Assembly: GCF_052425735.1 (NCBI RefSeq) | Contig: NC_135759.1 | Span: 22,382,001 to 22,446,000 of the forward strand | DNA: 64,000 bases | Reading direction: 5' to 3' | From: Oculina patagonica | Taxonomy: Eukaryota | Part shown: in pieces, positions 26,984 to 40,030 of the stretch | How the letters are laid out: every line of letters begins with the position of its first letter | Position numbering within the stretch: position 1 is the first letter of the stretch | The notes under the pieces: generated by a model | What the model was told of the DNA's origin: nothing | What the model saw: the letters and a program-made list of their open reading frames with translations, nothing else | Databases searched by the model: none | Made by a program: the position numbers and the translations under genes

Positions 26984-29900
26984 ATGGAGGTTTGCTTGTC
27001 CGGTAGTGTGTTCTCTTCGTTGGTTTACGAACTGGAAAATAGCGAAGGAGATGTGGTTAGTGGATCACTTTTGACTATTTCAATGATTTCTTGTGTCGAA
27101 TCTGATATATTTTTAACCCTGTTTTGTTAGGAGGGGCTTTTATTAGGCCAGATCAGTAGCCGTATTAGAAACACCATCACCGATTCACAATCTGAAAACT
27201 TGACACATGAGCGAGTGGCAAGTAAGTGTTCCATTTGCTTGCGTTGTTATTTCTTCTTTTACTTCTTGCACGGTGTGTGGTGTTAATAATTTGATATTTG
27301 TGCTCCGTTTACAGCAATTCAAGGATTCGTACCTTTTGGAAAAGTTCATAGGTAGGTGCGATTATGGATGCAGGAAGTGACGATTGATCAGAGAATTACA
27401 TACATAGTTCAAATAATGCAAGCAATATACTGGGTCTGGTTTATCAAAGGATGGATAACAATATAGATATCAGATAAATCACTATCCACTGAATATACTG
27501 TACTATACCTGCCCCGTCGGGGACCTCCCACTTCCGGACTGACTCCGAACGTCGAAGATGTCCGACTCGGAGACAGAGCAGATGTCCGACAATTCGGATC
27601 CGAAGATGTGACGATCCACGGCCAGGGGACCCACGAACATGCGAGATGATGTGATGAAATGGGGAGAGAACAGCAGAGCGGAGAACGGGGGGGAGACGAG
27701 GACGCAGGAGACCACGAATGCGGAGAGTTGGGGTCTACTGTACATATATTTTGTTTGTTAACTCTTTATATTCACTAGATTGTGATTATCTGGTGGATAT
27801 TTTTATCCATCCTTTTGAAGAACCGGTACCAAGTGTTACATTGACTATTATTACTATTAAAATTACGCTAGATATGCATATTACAAATTTAATAAATTAT
27901 TAAAACAAAAATGAATAATTAAATGATGGGGAAACAAATCCCAGTACTCTGATATGAACATCTTTCCTTAAATTTTTCCCAAAACAATCAACCATTAATG
28001 ACAAGGAATATTGGTCAAAATGACCCATGACAAACCGCTCAGAAAAAACACTACTGACAATTTTCCCTGTGTAAGCTTACTTGTGGAGGGGGACATGGGG
28101 CGGGAACCCAGGAGAAAAGGCGTGGGAAGCAGGAGGGGTGAGGGGAACTGGGAGAAAACAAATGAAATTTCTCAACATTTTGTTATATTTTGCAATATAT
28201 ATGTGACAAAGAGAAGAGAACGGCTATCGAAAGGGGCTGGAGGCAGGAGTAAAAAAGGCGGAAAGTGGGAGTAAGAGGCATGGGAGGCGGGAGGTTCAGA
28301 CCCCCCCCCCCCTGTCGCCCTCCACTTACTTAAATACATAGACCTTCGACAAGGCATGTTTTAAGAACGAGAAATATTCAGCCAAGTTCTTTTCCTATGA
28401 GGAATAATATTAGTTTTTGCATCTGTAAAGGGAGCACTTTTTTGGGGAAGGGAGGGGGGGCATTTTGTCTTGGGATTATTTTGTTGGGAGGTGGTGCAGT
28501 GCAAAAGCCATGTTTTGATCTTCACTCCCTCTCTTTAAGTGAAGTGCTGCGTGAGAATGTTAATGAGTAAATACCAAAAACCTGGATAGGGGAGGACTTA
28601 CATATCTGTGAGGAGGGCAGGGGAGAGAAGGGGATCTAAATGAATTAATTTTTCATGATTTATTTAAACTTAATTTTTCCACACAGTTTCTACACTGCTG
28701 TTGGCCATTTAGTTGGGGAAAGTCTTTCAGAGGAACTTAATAATGATAACGAAAAGGCCGAAGTAAGTAACAGATTTTTTAGTACTAGTAACCAACTATC
28801 CAAATTGTCAATTTATGCTTACATCATTATTTAATTTACACATCTTTTGGCTAGTTTTCTTGATTGTAGCCTAAGGCTAGTTAATTTGGCAGTAAATTGT
28901 TTGGGGGCATAGGGTCCATGTGATCTACTGGTACTGTGATCAGATATTAGTGTGATGAGTGTGGTTAAGTAGATTTTTGAAGTTTGTAGTCTTGAAGTTT
29001 TTAGTCTGAAGTCTTCTGAAGTTTGTAGAGTGAAGGCTAGGCAAGGATTCACACTTGCGATAAGCACAAATCCCCCAAAATCCTTCAATCATCCCTGTCA
29101 CTTGAAATCCCAAGTACCCCCTGGGGTTGCCATGCAAATTAACTAGCCATAATACAACAAATCCAACTAATATATAACCACCCAGTAGGAAAGTGACACT
29201 AATATGGCATCCCCCAAAATATGGCAACTTTTCCTTAGCCAACCAATGGCTAGAAGGAGAAGCCACGAGCCAAGCGGCCCACACTGCTGTAGCTTATCCC
29301 AGTTTCCGTAGCATTAAGCGGCTAGGAATATTTCTACTCCCCCCTGAATGGGATGCTAGTCCATCGCAGGGTTCCCCCCCAGTATTATGTCGCTGGTACC
29401 CATTTATACACCTGTGTGGAGAGAGGCACTATGAGAGTAAAGTGTCTTGCCCAAGAACACAACACAAGTGACCCCGGCCGGGGCTCGAACTCGGACCGCT
29501 CGGTCCGGAGTCCGGCGCTCTAACCATTAGGCCACCGCGCCTCCCACAAACCAATGGCTAGATTATTAATAAAATAGTTATATTAATTTTGTACTTATTA
29601 TTGTATCTGATTGATTCTTTATTTGTATCATGTTTGCAGAAAGTCATTGGCTGGTTTAAATTTCGTCGTAATACCCAAGGCCTGGTGTCCATGAGAGAAA
29701 GACTTATCCATCATAATCTCATTGAAAAGTTCAACTTTACCCCTGCCAAAGGTGTTTATAAAATAAGGCAACATCTCATCTTGTTGGATACAGTCAATTC
29801 AGATATCTTAAAATTATGTAAAAACCTGGTCTACTTATCTAGTGTGTTGTAAACACTTGTTGATACCTGTAGTCATAAAAATTCAACAACTCGAAATTCA

Positions 29901-31008
29901 TGTAAAGTTACTGCTACCTCTAGCCACTTGTAGATTTTACTAGCTCTTTTAGGAAGGAGGCAGCGTGGCCGAGTGGTTAGAGCGCCGGACTTGAAATCTG
30001 GAGGTCCCGGGTTCAAGTCCCGTTCTGACCACTATCTGGATTTGTTCTTGGTTGCCCCGAGCTCAAATCCTCGGACATGCTTGTAAATAGCCAACTGGTC
30101 TGCCTCCTGCCAGTTTGGATTTTTAACCATGTTATGTTTATTTAATATATTATATTTGTTTCATATACACAGCCCCACAAGCTTCTAGCTTTAAACACAA
30201 ACCGTGTATAAATAAAGTTGCTTTTAATTACCTTTTTTTTTTACCTTTTTAACTTGGGTAATTGGGAGGGGTGGGTGGGTCCACAAATTTGATCACTCAC
30301 CTTGGGGCAAGTTTCTTCTTATTAGGTGGTAAAATTACTTTGTATTACAGCCTAGAACATCTGTGACTACAACAGAGATGTAAGCCACCACAGCTACTGT
30401 TACTTGTTCAGAAAACTGGCCTTTATCGGTTGTGTTTAAAAAACAGAGATTTTGTGTCACAAAATCCTCAATCATTCTTAGCGTTTCTTTATTATTTCAA
30501 GTTGTGCAAGCTTGTATGAAATGATGGGTTACCGAAGAGAAGTAAGTCTTGCTGCTGTCAGCTTGGTATAGCCCCCAGTGCTGTGTGAGAATATGATTAT
30601 ATTGAATAGACAAGGCATGTAATTTTATTTTATTTTTTTAAGAATTCATCTTGGCAGTCTTCACAGCACACATGTCTAGAGATATGTCGACTCACAAGTT
30701 TGATTACAGCTTTTGTCGTTCTACACACAGAGCAGGGTATGTTTTTGGTGTTTTGTAATAATTGCGATTTGTTTAATCATCATTACTAAGTAAAATCTTC
30801 TGTAGATCCACAAGGCAGAGTTTGTTAAGGATATGTGCATTTTATTTGCTGTGCCATCATTGTCTTTTTGCTGATGGACAACACTAACATATGGGCTGCC
30901 ATGTTTGCAGAGCAAAATTCAGGTTTAAAAATGACAGAAAATCACTTCTGCGATGAAACTAGATCTTCCTAAGGAAAACGTGGGTTCCTCAGTGGCACAT
31001 ACACTTTA

Positions 31009-31041
<33 letters not shown>

Positions 31042-34000
31042 AAGGCTAGTAAAAATGCAGTTTTGGCTAGTAGCTTTTGGCCTTTCACTAGCCAAAATCG
31101 CTAGTGAAAAAATCAGGCATTAGTGGCAAGAAACCGCATTTATTAAAATCGTCCCAGAGAATAATTATAACTAACAAGTAAACTGTTGACATTATAGAAT
31201 GTGAAGCTTTAAACAAAATTCTAGTTGACAAAAACGCATGTACATGTACAATTTTTTATAGTGAAGAACAAAGCCCAATTTTTGAGGAAAAAAAAAACGT
31301 GAAGATTTAAGGAACATTTTACGCTTAAAGGTTTAAACATTTTCGGACATTGTTTTCCCCCCCCCCCCCCCCTAAAAGAAGAACCATGCTTAAAATTGTG
31401 GCTAGTAGAAAATACGTTTTGGCTAGTGAAATCAAAGCTGTCACTAGCCACTTGGCTAGTTAGCCAAAAAGTTAGTCTCGAGCCCTGCTTTATAAATAAT
31501 GTTACACTAGTCATATGATTGAGATAACCAGTATAAAACAGTGGAAACAAGTATTCGTGATTTGCATCTTAAGTAACCATGCTGTAACAATGTGTCAACG
31601 TACTGGTTAATGTACTGAATAATCCAAGCTTCCGTCTTTTGACAAAGTGTAAGAGGTTTCAGCAATTCCCAGCTTTCTTTATAAAGACAGTTAAAATTTC
31701 CAAAGGAGTTCACTTAGGAGATATGTCTGTTTATGGGAGATTAAAAATGCAGGGTTTGAATGTGGCTGTTACCATAAGTGCCTTGACCCTCTCTCACTCT
31801 AAAAATCATTCAACAAGGAAGCAAACTGATGTTGTATTCTTAATTTATGTCAGGCATTTTGAGCCAGTTCAAGTACAGATCCTGAACCTTGGAGATACAT
31901 CACATTCTGAGTACAGACTTAACTGTCACTCTGCACAGGCCACATCTAGTCTGTTTCATGAAGTAATTGACACTTACAGGTAATGGCAGTGACACATAAC
32001 CTAAAAATTAATACACTGTTAACCACTGCCTCGTGAATATGGAGGATGGGTGCCTGGGATACCCGGGAGGGCCTCCACTGAGGTCAGCCGGCCCTCCCCA
32101 GATAGAATAAAGCTGCCAAGGCTGGCAATCCCAACAAAACAGCCATGAGCCCCCACACACAGACACCCGTCACACTGATTAAATCAGTGGAAAAATGAAT
32201 TTATAACTAATAAAAAGTAGTAGGAAAGGGAGGGAGGGAGGGGAAAAACTCGCAAAACATCCCTGAAAACCCTCCATGGAACGAAGACCTGACACCACGC
32301 TGTCATGTCCGAGAAGGCAACGCACTGAGCCTGACAAGAGCTAGTAACCGCTGACCACCAGGACAGCGGACTACCCACTTGTTGTGGTTAACTTGGTTAA
32401 ATTGCTTTATTTAACTTGGTTAAATCGCATTTAACCTCATTAAAATTCTGAAAATTTCAGATACAGCATCCTGACCATCTAAAATCTAACCCAAAAAATT
32501 TTTGAAATGCAAATTTCCATCTGAAAATAAGCCCCCTGTCCCCAATTTATAAGTGGAGGGGGACAGGGGGGCGGGAGCCCGGGAGAAAAGGGGCGGGAAG
32601 CAGGAGGAGAGAGGGCGGGAAGCGGGATTCTTAAGGTGGCGGGAACCGGGAGAAAACAAGTGAAATTTCGTAACATTTCATTATATTTCGCAATGGAATG
32701 GAACAAACAGGGGAGAACAGCTATAGAAAGGGGCGGGAGGCGGGAGTAAAAGGTACGGGAAGCGGGAGTAAAAGGTACGGGAGGCGGAAGGTTCAGACCC
32801 CCTTGTCCCCCCCTCCCCCCCATTTATAAGCCCTCCCCCCAAAAAAGCCCGCCTTAAAGGGACATTGAGCAGTCTTGTTTTAGGAATTTTATGGTATAGT
32901 ATGGACTGGATTTATGGCTCTATAGGAAACTTGTTTATTGGATTTTGGTCTTCAAACCATCACTGTTTTATTTATTGAAGTTTCAGTGGATTAACATACA
33001 GTGTGAATGTTTGCCTTGTAGGAATGACTTTGTGGACAACCAAGGATGTTTAAAACAGTCTTCTCACATGCATGGAATGTATATTACCATGATGAAGAAA
33101 TTACAGGTGTGCATTGCTGATAAACAGTATATTTATTTTATTCCTGGGGGACTCGTAAATGAAAGTGACGGGGATGCTCATCGTCTTGCTTAGGGGTGTA
33201 AATTTCAGATTTTTGGTCTTGCTTAGTGTGTTCCGAGCAAAATGCCAATATTTTTAGCCATAATGGTCTCGTTTAGGGTTACTCACGAAGAAATATACAA
33301 AATTAATATAAATTCTATTCTTAATTTTTTGGTATCCTTTAGGGGTCAAGAAAAGCTTGAGCCACAGCCAGATTGGTCCCTTTTAGGGGTTCTTTTCAAA
33401 ATTTCTGACGAGCATCCCCGTCCGTTTCATATAGGAGTCCCCCCCCCAACCCCCCCGAGATTTTATCTTTCAACCTATTGAATAATGCTTCTTAAGTTCT
33501 GAGGTTACAAGGTTACAAGTTGAATCATCAAGTTAACAGTCAAATTTGAATTAATAATTACTGGTATTTAAGTTCATTTTTGAACAGTCCACAGTCCATT
33601 GACATGGCTTTCAGTAAGACCCGGCACCCACCTGAGATCTGGCGGGTAATCTTTTGTTAATTACCAATAAAATTTGTGCAGCTTCTGATAAGCATTTTTG
33701 TTTGAGTGATGGAATAGTTCCAATGCTGTGGGATGCCATTTTTGATATTAAAACCTAGAAGTTTCGGAACTTTTTAGGTTTTAATATTTCAGACTGTTAC
33801 TGTTTATGTAATTAACGGATGGAAATGGCACTAACTATGAAACGAAATGAATGGCCCGGTGAACAGTTAAATATGCACGCAAGCATGTGAATGTCTGAAC
33901 AAACACACCAAGCAGATGAGGGTTGAGAGCATCGCCCAATTTGAATGCATTGTAAAGCAGACTGAGGGAGATGAGAATAAATACTGAAGTAAAAAATAAT

Positions 34001-35154
34001 TACGATATGTTCTTCCTATTATTTGTATAACATGTTTGTTCATTAATTTGTTATTTTAATTTATTTTTGTCCTTTAGGAACTGGCTGATATAGTAAAAAA
34101 AAGTGAAACAACAGTATCATCATTAACAGAGGAAGTAGAAAGTAGAAGAGTACAGCTGGAGGAATGTCGACTGCAACTTGCCAACAAAAATGGTGACTTA
34201 CCTACAGATACACTTGTTTTACATAATATGATAGGATGTGCAATGTGGTTGAAATAATAGAGAGGTTTTCACATTAGTATCCAAAGAAATTCTGGCTGTC
34301 ATTACAATGCTTGTTGATTGGTTTGAAAATCTCGCTCAACGTTTTTGTCCAATCAGTAGTAAAACCAAAACCAGTTGTTACTTGTTTGTACACATTTTTC
34401 TGTGCTTCACACCAGCTACATGTACCCGGTATTTGCTTCGAGTTTTGATTGGCTCACTGAATTGTCTGTGTCCTTTGTGATTGGTCAGAGTGTTTACTTT
34501 AGTTTTCTTTGGTGAGTACTAAATTGAAAACCAATCGAATAATCTACAATTGTATAAGATTTTGTGTCATCAAAACAAAAGCTAACAATAGGAAGATGTA
34601 CTTGTCCCAGAGGAGCCACTGGCTTCTGTGATCCCTAAGATTGGAACAGAGATCTACTTTAATATAGTCATGTACTAGATGTTAATTTGTTGCTGTCTTG
34701 TATTGTTACAGCTCCATGTGAAGTCGATGAAAAGCGACCTCTACAGCCTAATTCTGTAACAAACGAAGCCAGCCATGAGACAGAAGAGGATTGTAAAACT
34801 GTTAATCAATCAGGATCAGAAATGCCAGTCAAGGTTAACACAAATACAGATGCGACCGTATTCACTGATAATAACCAAATGGAGACAAATGACCAAGACA
34901 TTCCCGTAAAGGAAAACGAAGATGTCTCAATGGAGGGAAAACCATCTACGAACTTATTGCGAACCTCAAGACGGAAACAAAAGACTCCTGCTAAAGTCGC
35001 GCATTATATAAAAACTGAAAATGATGACGACATAACAGATGATGAAACTCAAACATATTCTATAGACGACAACATAACTAGAGAAAATGGACCAGACTAT
35101 GAAGATAAATTTTCCAAGAGTCTTGCTATGGAAACATCTTCTCCAGTTTTCTAG
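26984..35154 (+). CDS. ABRAXAS1: Abraxas (FAM175) BRCA1-A/BRISC scaffold subunit, MPN- domain, 10 exons
   Basis: Exons ~26984-27055, 27131-27221, 27315-27351, 28687-28762, 29640-29751, 30643-30736, 31854-31979, 33022-33106, 34078-34192, 34712-35154. Peptides LSGSVFSSL, EGLLLG..ITDSQ, VIGWFKFRRNT..SMRERLIH, STHKFDY, ILNLG, then a coiled coil and terminal SSPVF*. Confidence 0.88.
28084..28325. mobile_element. GC-rich MITE (gtggagggg...ccctccac)
   Basis: Terminal inverted repeat. A second copy lies at ~32553-32822. Confidence 0.65.
29255..29548 (-). mobile_element. tRNA-derived SINE, near full length
   Basis: A box (tggcctaatgg) and B box (gttcgagcc) on the minus strand; 14-bp TSD AACCAATGGCTAGA. 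Confidence 0.85.
29955..30250 (+). mobile_element. tRNA-derived SINE, second family
   Basis: tggccgagtggttagagc (A box) ... ggttcaagtcc (B box), followed by a non-tRNA body and an A/T-rich tail. Confidence 0.75.
31009..31487. mobile_element. Non-autonomous DNA transposon, CAGG termini, 5-bp TSD
   Basis: 17-bp TIR CAGGGCTCGAGACTAAC, TSD CTTTA, internal ctagcc repeats. Confidence 0.85.
32553..32822. mobile_element. Copy of the 28084 MITE
   Basis: Direct similarity including gggagaaaacaa.tgaaattt and ggttcagacccc. Confidence 0.65.
33142..33460. mobile_element. CCC/GGG-terminal MITE
   Basis: cctgggggactc..gacgggg ... ccccgtc..gagtcccccc, with approximate flanking repeat attttat. Confidence 0.55.
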
Positions 35155-35509
35155 TACTGAACAGGACAATTTTAAAGTACAGCTGTTGTTTTAAGGTTCC
35201 AGTGATTTAATACAGCATGGTTGTCGTTCTTAAGTTCAAGTGCAGAACTGGGCTTGATTGTACAAATAATTACGAGAAATGAATCGAACCCCAGCAAGTT
35301 AACCTAGTTTGGGATTAGTCGACCTCCCGAGAAACAAAAATTACCAGACACTGTATGGATTTTTGAGCTATCATCCTAGAACTAGTAAGAACTCGACATT
35401 AGACAGTGTAAAAATACAGTATGGTTTAAGCATTTTGTGCTTGTGCCACAGCAGTCATAGATTTGAGTCCTGCTGAAGCCTCTGGGCTTCCTTTACAACA
35501 AGCAAATAT

Positions 35510-35800
35510 GAGCAGTTTTCAATTGAGTGTCGTAAAACCAATACCAAAGTAATCCCTCCAGCCAATCACAAAGAACACAGACAATCCAGTTAACCAATCA
35601 AAACTCAAAGCAAATACACTAACCGGCACGAAGCCCCCGCGGGAAAGCGTGTGTGAGCGAGTCACGATTGGTTTTACTTTTTCTTCTGATTGGCTGAGAA
35701 AGTGGCGCGAGAGTTTTAAACCAATCACTGAGTGTAGTAATACAAAACCAATGCAAATGCAAATTACTTTCGACACTTATATAATAAGTGAACCGCTCTA
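35510..35800. repeat. Common interspersed repeat (ccaatca-rich MITE)
   Basis: agcagttttcaattgagtgtcgtaaaacc ... aaccgctcta. Degenerate relatives at ~5090-5400, ~8875 and ~34260-34535. Confidence 0.6.
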
Positions 35801-36776
35801 ACTTCATAACAAGAATGGATACACTTGATGAACTTACTAAAGGAAATATTCATGTGATCTTTTTTATGATGCAGTCCATTTCTTTATTGAAAGAATGGCT
35901 ATTGATAGCCTCTGAGTTGTCCAATTTCATTTTGCAATCAAGAGAAAATTTTAAAGTTTTGTACACAGTAGTTTTGTATGGACAGTAGCTTTCCCTGTAA
36001 ATACCATTTACCACAAGCTCACTTATTTACAAAATCATGATACATTGATTGTAGTATTAAAACAAAGCTGAATTATATTATCTTAACAAAGTTAGTTCAA
36101 GTTGTTAAATTTGATTTAAAAACCAACATGTGTTGTGTCTTCACTTGTAGAATTCGTTGTTTTGCGTTTTTTGGTTGCTTTTGGTTGAAGGATGAAAGTA
36201 GTATGGCAGTTTACTGAACTTAAGTGAGCATGATCCAAATGAGAGATAGCCTGCTTGGTTTCAATTCAGAGTGTGCAATCTTTACTTAACTAGACTTGCC
36301 AACAGTGCATAAGAGTTTCAGGACAAACAAAAGCAAGAGCATGAATTCTTATCAACTATTATTGGGATGGGGGGGGGGGGGGAGGAGGGGAACCAGTGGG
36401 GGGGGGGGAGAGTGAGAAGATTACCATATGAGTGATGGGGTTTTAATTTGAGTGACACTGTGCAGCCGAGAGAAAATCCAAGACAAAACAGATTGTCAAA
36501 TGGCAAGTTCCTTTCTTGACAACTTGTTCTGTTAATTAGCTCTGTGTCTTCATTACAAATGTACCCTTAGAGCTGCCATTGAGGAGGAACATCCCCATCT
36601 GGCCATATAGAGAGACCCCCCATTGTGAAATGTATGACAGGAAACCTTATTCCACAAAATAAAGCAAACAAGAAACCAGTCAAGTAGACCAAATATGTAG
36701 CACAATGGATCAATATTTGATTTTATTTACAAGTTAGAACAGTGATACAAGCTTAAAAAAATCACTCAAATTACTG

Positions 36777-39700
36777 CTAGAACAACTTTGGGTCTTCATG
36801 GTATTCAAGGTACTTCATTGTCACTGGCATAAAACCTGAAAAGAACCGTACAAGAAAAGGAAACAGCGGTGATCAGAGTGGAACCACTGCAACAACAACA
36901 ACAAAAGAAGAATCGAGTAGACTACTAGTTATGTGACGCTTTGGTGGTATACTATGGAATATCCCAGTGGGGAAAGCAAAAAAAAAAAAAGGGAAAGAAG
37001 AGAAGGAAAGGGGATGACTGTATTAAATACCCATAGCTCTTGCTCTCCGGATAGCTCTTGTTATTTCTTTTTGCTTTTTATCACATAAACCTGCCAGGAA
37101 AAAAATTTTGCAGTTTGTAAGCTGTTTGAATTGCCAACAGGTGATATGGGAGATTCAAAGTGTTTCAGAATTATTGTCATAAAGTCATACATAAGGATAT
37201 TTAAGCAAAGCCTTGGATTTTTTCCTCCACTGCTGTTATAAACAAACAGTTGTTATGCCTTTTGTGGCTGTAAAGGATACCATGCAGCAGTACTGGCAGG
37301 TAGGGCAGGAAATACCCAGGTCTGACTGCCTGGAGCAAGTACGGTAAGTGTTGCTCTTGAAGGTGGGCGTTAAGGTTTGTATAATTTTTTTACCGGTTTT
37401 CTAGACTTAGTGGTTTGTGGAAATCTTTGGTTAAATTCGATGCGGTATTGCTGCAGTTTTTGTAAGTTTTTCTGCACGTTTTTTTGGTTATCGTACCCCC
37501 TTTACACCCCCCTCCTCTTGGGCAAGTGGAAATAAACGTTTGGTGACTCGATGAGCAAATGAAACTACAGGCTCAGTAGACGTGTGAGTCTAAGTGATGG
37601 CAAGAAATTTTTAAGTGGGGGCAAGTGAAAACTGAAATTTACTGATCCACTAGGCAAGTGCGTTTGCATATTTTTTGCCTGCCCTTTAATCACCTGTAGA
37701 TTTTCAAGTTTACCTACACCCTAACCACACCATAACCGCGTTGGCCTAATGGTTAGTGCACTGGACTGCAGATTGAGCGGTCCGGGTTCAAGGCATGGCC
37801 GGGTCATTGTGTTGTGTTCTTGGGCAAGACACTTTACTCTCATAGTGCCTCTCTCCACCCAGGTGTATAATTGGGTACCAGCGATAAAATGCTGGGGGTA
37901 CCCTGCAATGGACCAGCATCCCATTCAGGGGGAAATAGAAATATCCCCAGCCGTTTATTGCTACAGAATTCCGGGATAAGCTCCAGCAAGTATGGGCCAC
38001 TTGGCTTGAGGCTTCGTATTTTTTATAACCATGAAAAAAAGCACCACAACTTGAAGAAAAAATAACAACACCAACACTGACCTGTCAGAGTACGTCCATA
38101 CATTCTTCCAGTGTGAGGTGAAACAAACTGCGACAGCAAACGGACATTCTGTATGTACAAAGTGAAAGGACAAAATAAACAGTTATGCCATGACTACATG
38201 TCAAAAAGAGGTCTGTACTCTGGTGGCCAATAAGGCTGTAGTAGAGTTTTTAAAAGATAATGTGACTACTTGCTAACAATTCCTGGGTGAAATGAGGAAA
38301 ATAGATTTACTTACGTGTTTTGTTCAAGAACTATAAATGTGAAGCAAGTGGCCAGGCTTTACCTCTTTTTTTCTCTTCAATACATTAACCATATACCCTG
38401 CTCCCAGAGGTTTTTCTACCTTCTTTCTTTAACTGATGCGAAAGAGCTGTCATGGCAGCCGAAGACAAAAGGCTCAAATTGGATTGAGAGACATGGAAAA
38501 AATCTCTGGAACCAGGGAAGAGAACTAAAGGCTCAGTGGAGATGCCTTCCAAGGGGGGTAGCCGTGTCGTTTCTGAGAACCCATGTCGCCTAGCTAACAG
38601 TGGTAAATGTCGCTGTCGTTTTTTACCCCATTGTTTTGCTGTCGCTTCGTGTCGCTGTCGCATTTCAGTGCTGTAATGATGTCGCTTGTCGCTTTTAAAA
38701 TGTTCCATGTCGCCAGTTTTCAGGGTCATGTCGCTTGTCGCTTTTACCCCTTGGAAGGCCTCAGTGGACATGCTTAATTTTTTGTATTTTGTCAAGCAAA
38801 TTGGAAAACTTACTTTATAGTCAATTTCCACATCACCTCTCATAGGGCATAGTAAACAGCCTGTCGGTCTGTCTTCTTCATCTAATCGCTAGTGGAGGGA
38901 AACAAACATGTTATTGACTTATACCCTGGGTGGCTATTGATTGGTTGTTGCTGAGCAACAATTCAAGACAGTATGAGGTGTGGTTCGTATGTTATCTTGG
39001 ATGAATTTAGCCTATGTGGCTGGTGTTCAAAGGGGGGAGGGGGGGGGGAGTTTGAGCACAAAGTGCAAGGCAGAAAGCGTGAAGCGCGATCAGGGGGAAG
39101 GGGCGTGAGAAGAATGGGAGCCCCCTCCCCCCAATTGTGCTGCCTGTTCAAACTCCCCTTCTCTCTCCTCTTTGAATGTCGACCTCATAGACTAGGATGA
39201 ATTGTGAAAAGATTTTTTGTGGGCAGTACTGAGAGAGGTTGCTCTGATAAAGTAGAATTATACATAAATATACAGATACAAGAAGTGAACATATAAAGAA
39301 CATTTGGGTTATCTGTTTTGCTACGTACTTCAAGTTTTGCTTGCAATTGGTCTAATTTAAACCGGCGAAGTTTCTTCTTTCTAGCAGTGTTATGATATCT
39401 TCCATCCACTGCAAAATAGGACGAGCAATAATTCATAAGGAATAATTCATTATGAACTGTATAAAGCAACTTAAAGGTGATCGGACAACATTTATCAATA
39501 AAAGGAGTTCAGCTACTGAATCATCAGTGAGAAATCCTGTGATGGAACGGATGTGAGGTATGAAAATCAGGACCTAAACTCAGGAATCATGACCTGATGA
39601 TGGTATGGTAAAAGATCAAACCATAGCACGATATAGACGACTAGAATCGTCACTGATAATTGATAAGCTGAAACAACTACTGATATCTCCGTACATGTTA

Positions 39701-39877
39701 ACGAAGTTACAAGACATTTCTTGTGTTACCTGGTGAGCTCAGGTGAAATTTATGACTACAGATTGTTGGTAAGGCACTCAAAGGCGCTAAAAAGTTTTTT
39801 CCTGTGTTTGCTAATGTTAATGAAACCGATGAGATTCTACCTAAACCAAGAACATTTGAGAATCTCGTGGCCGCCAT
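36777..39877 (-). CDS. MRPS18C: Mitochondrial ribosomal protein S18C (bS18m), 6 exons, ~162 aa
   Basis: Exons 39877-39730, 39408-39329, 38888-38814, 38148-38082, 37090-37031 and 36835-36777 join in frame. N-terminal transit-like peptide, then CLLC..[52 protein letters not shown]...DPKLF*. Confidence 0.93.
37735..38010 (+). mobile_element. tRNA-derived SINE (same family as 29255)
   Basis: tggcctaatggttagtgc ... gggttcaagg ... gggcaagacactttactctcatagtgcctctctccacccagg. Confidence 0.8.
38541..38762. mobile_element. MITE with tgtcgc internal repeats
   Basis: TIR GA(T/G)GCCTTCCAAGGGG; flanking direct repeat AGTGGA. Confidence 0.7.
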
Positions 39878-40030
39878 CTTTCTTTTTTAATTAAACAGCT
39901 GAAAATCGCGGGCTCGTACTTGTATTGGTTGTCTTTATACGAGCTTTTTCATTGGTTCATCTGGAAGTAACCAATCGAGGCTGCTGAACTATTGCAGTTC
40001 CTAGCCCTGGAAAGGAACGCCTGTGAGTAA
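39870..40030. promoter_or_regulatory. Bidirectional promoter between MRPS18C and GATD3
   Basis: Divergent ATGs about 150 bp apart; three CCAAT/ATTGG boxes; YY1-like AAGATGGCGGC overlapping the MRPS18C start. Confidence 0.7.

Noticed and set aside
29958-30035. tRNA-like sequence
   Set aside because: No proper acceptor stem and it continues into a SINE body and tail, so it is a SINE head.
32040-32380. GC-richer intronic segment, possible retroelement remnant
   Set aside because: No recognisable RT motif, TSD or second copy in the window.
33329-33345. GTATCCTTT U12-like donor in an Abraxas intron
   Set aside because: Lies inside a MITE with no adjoining exon.
38385-38843. 152-aa minus-strand ORF
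   Set aside because: Only the first 10 codons belong to MRPS18C exon 3; the rest reads through intron and MITE.
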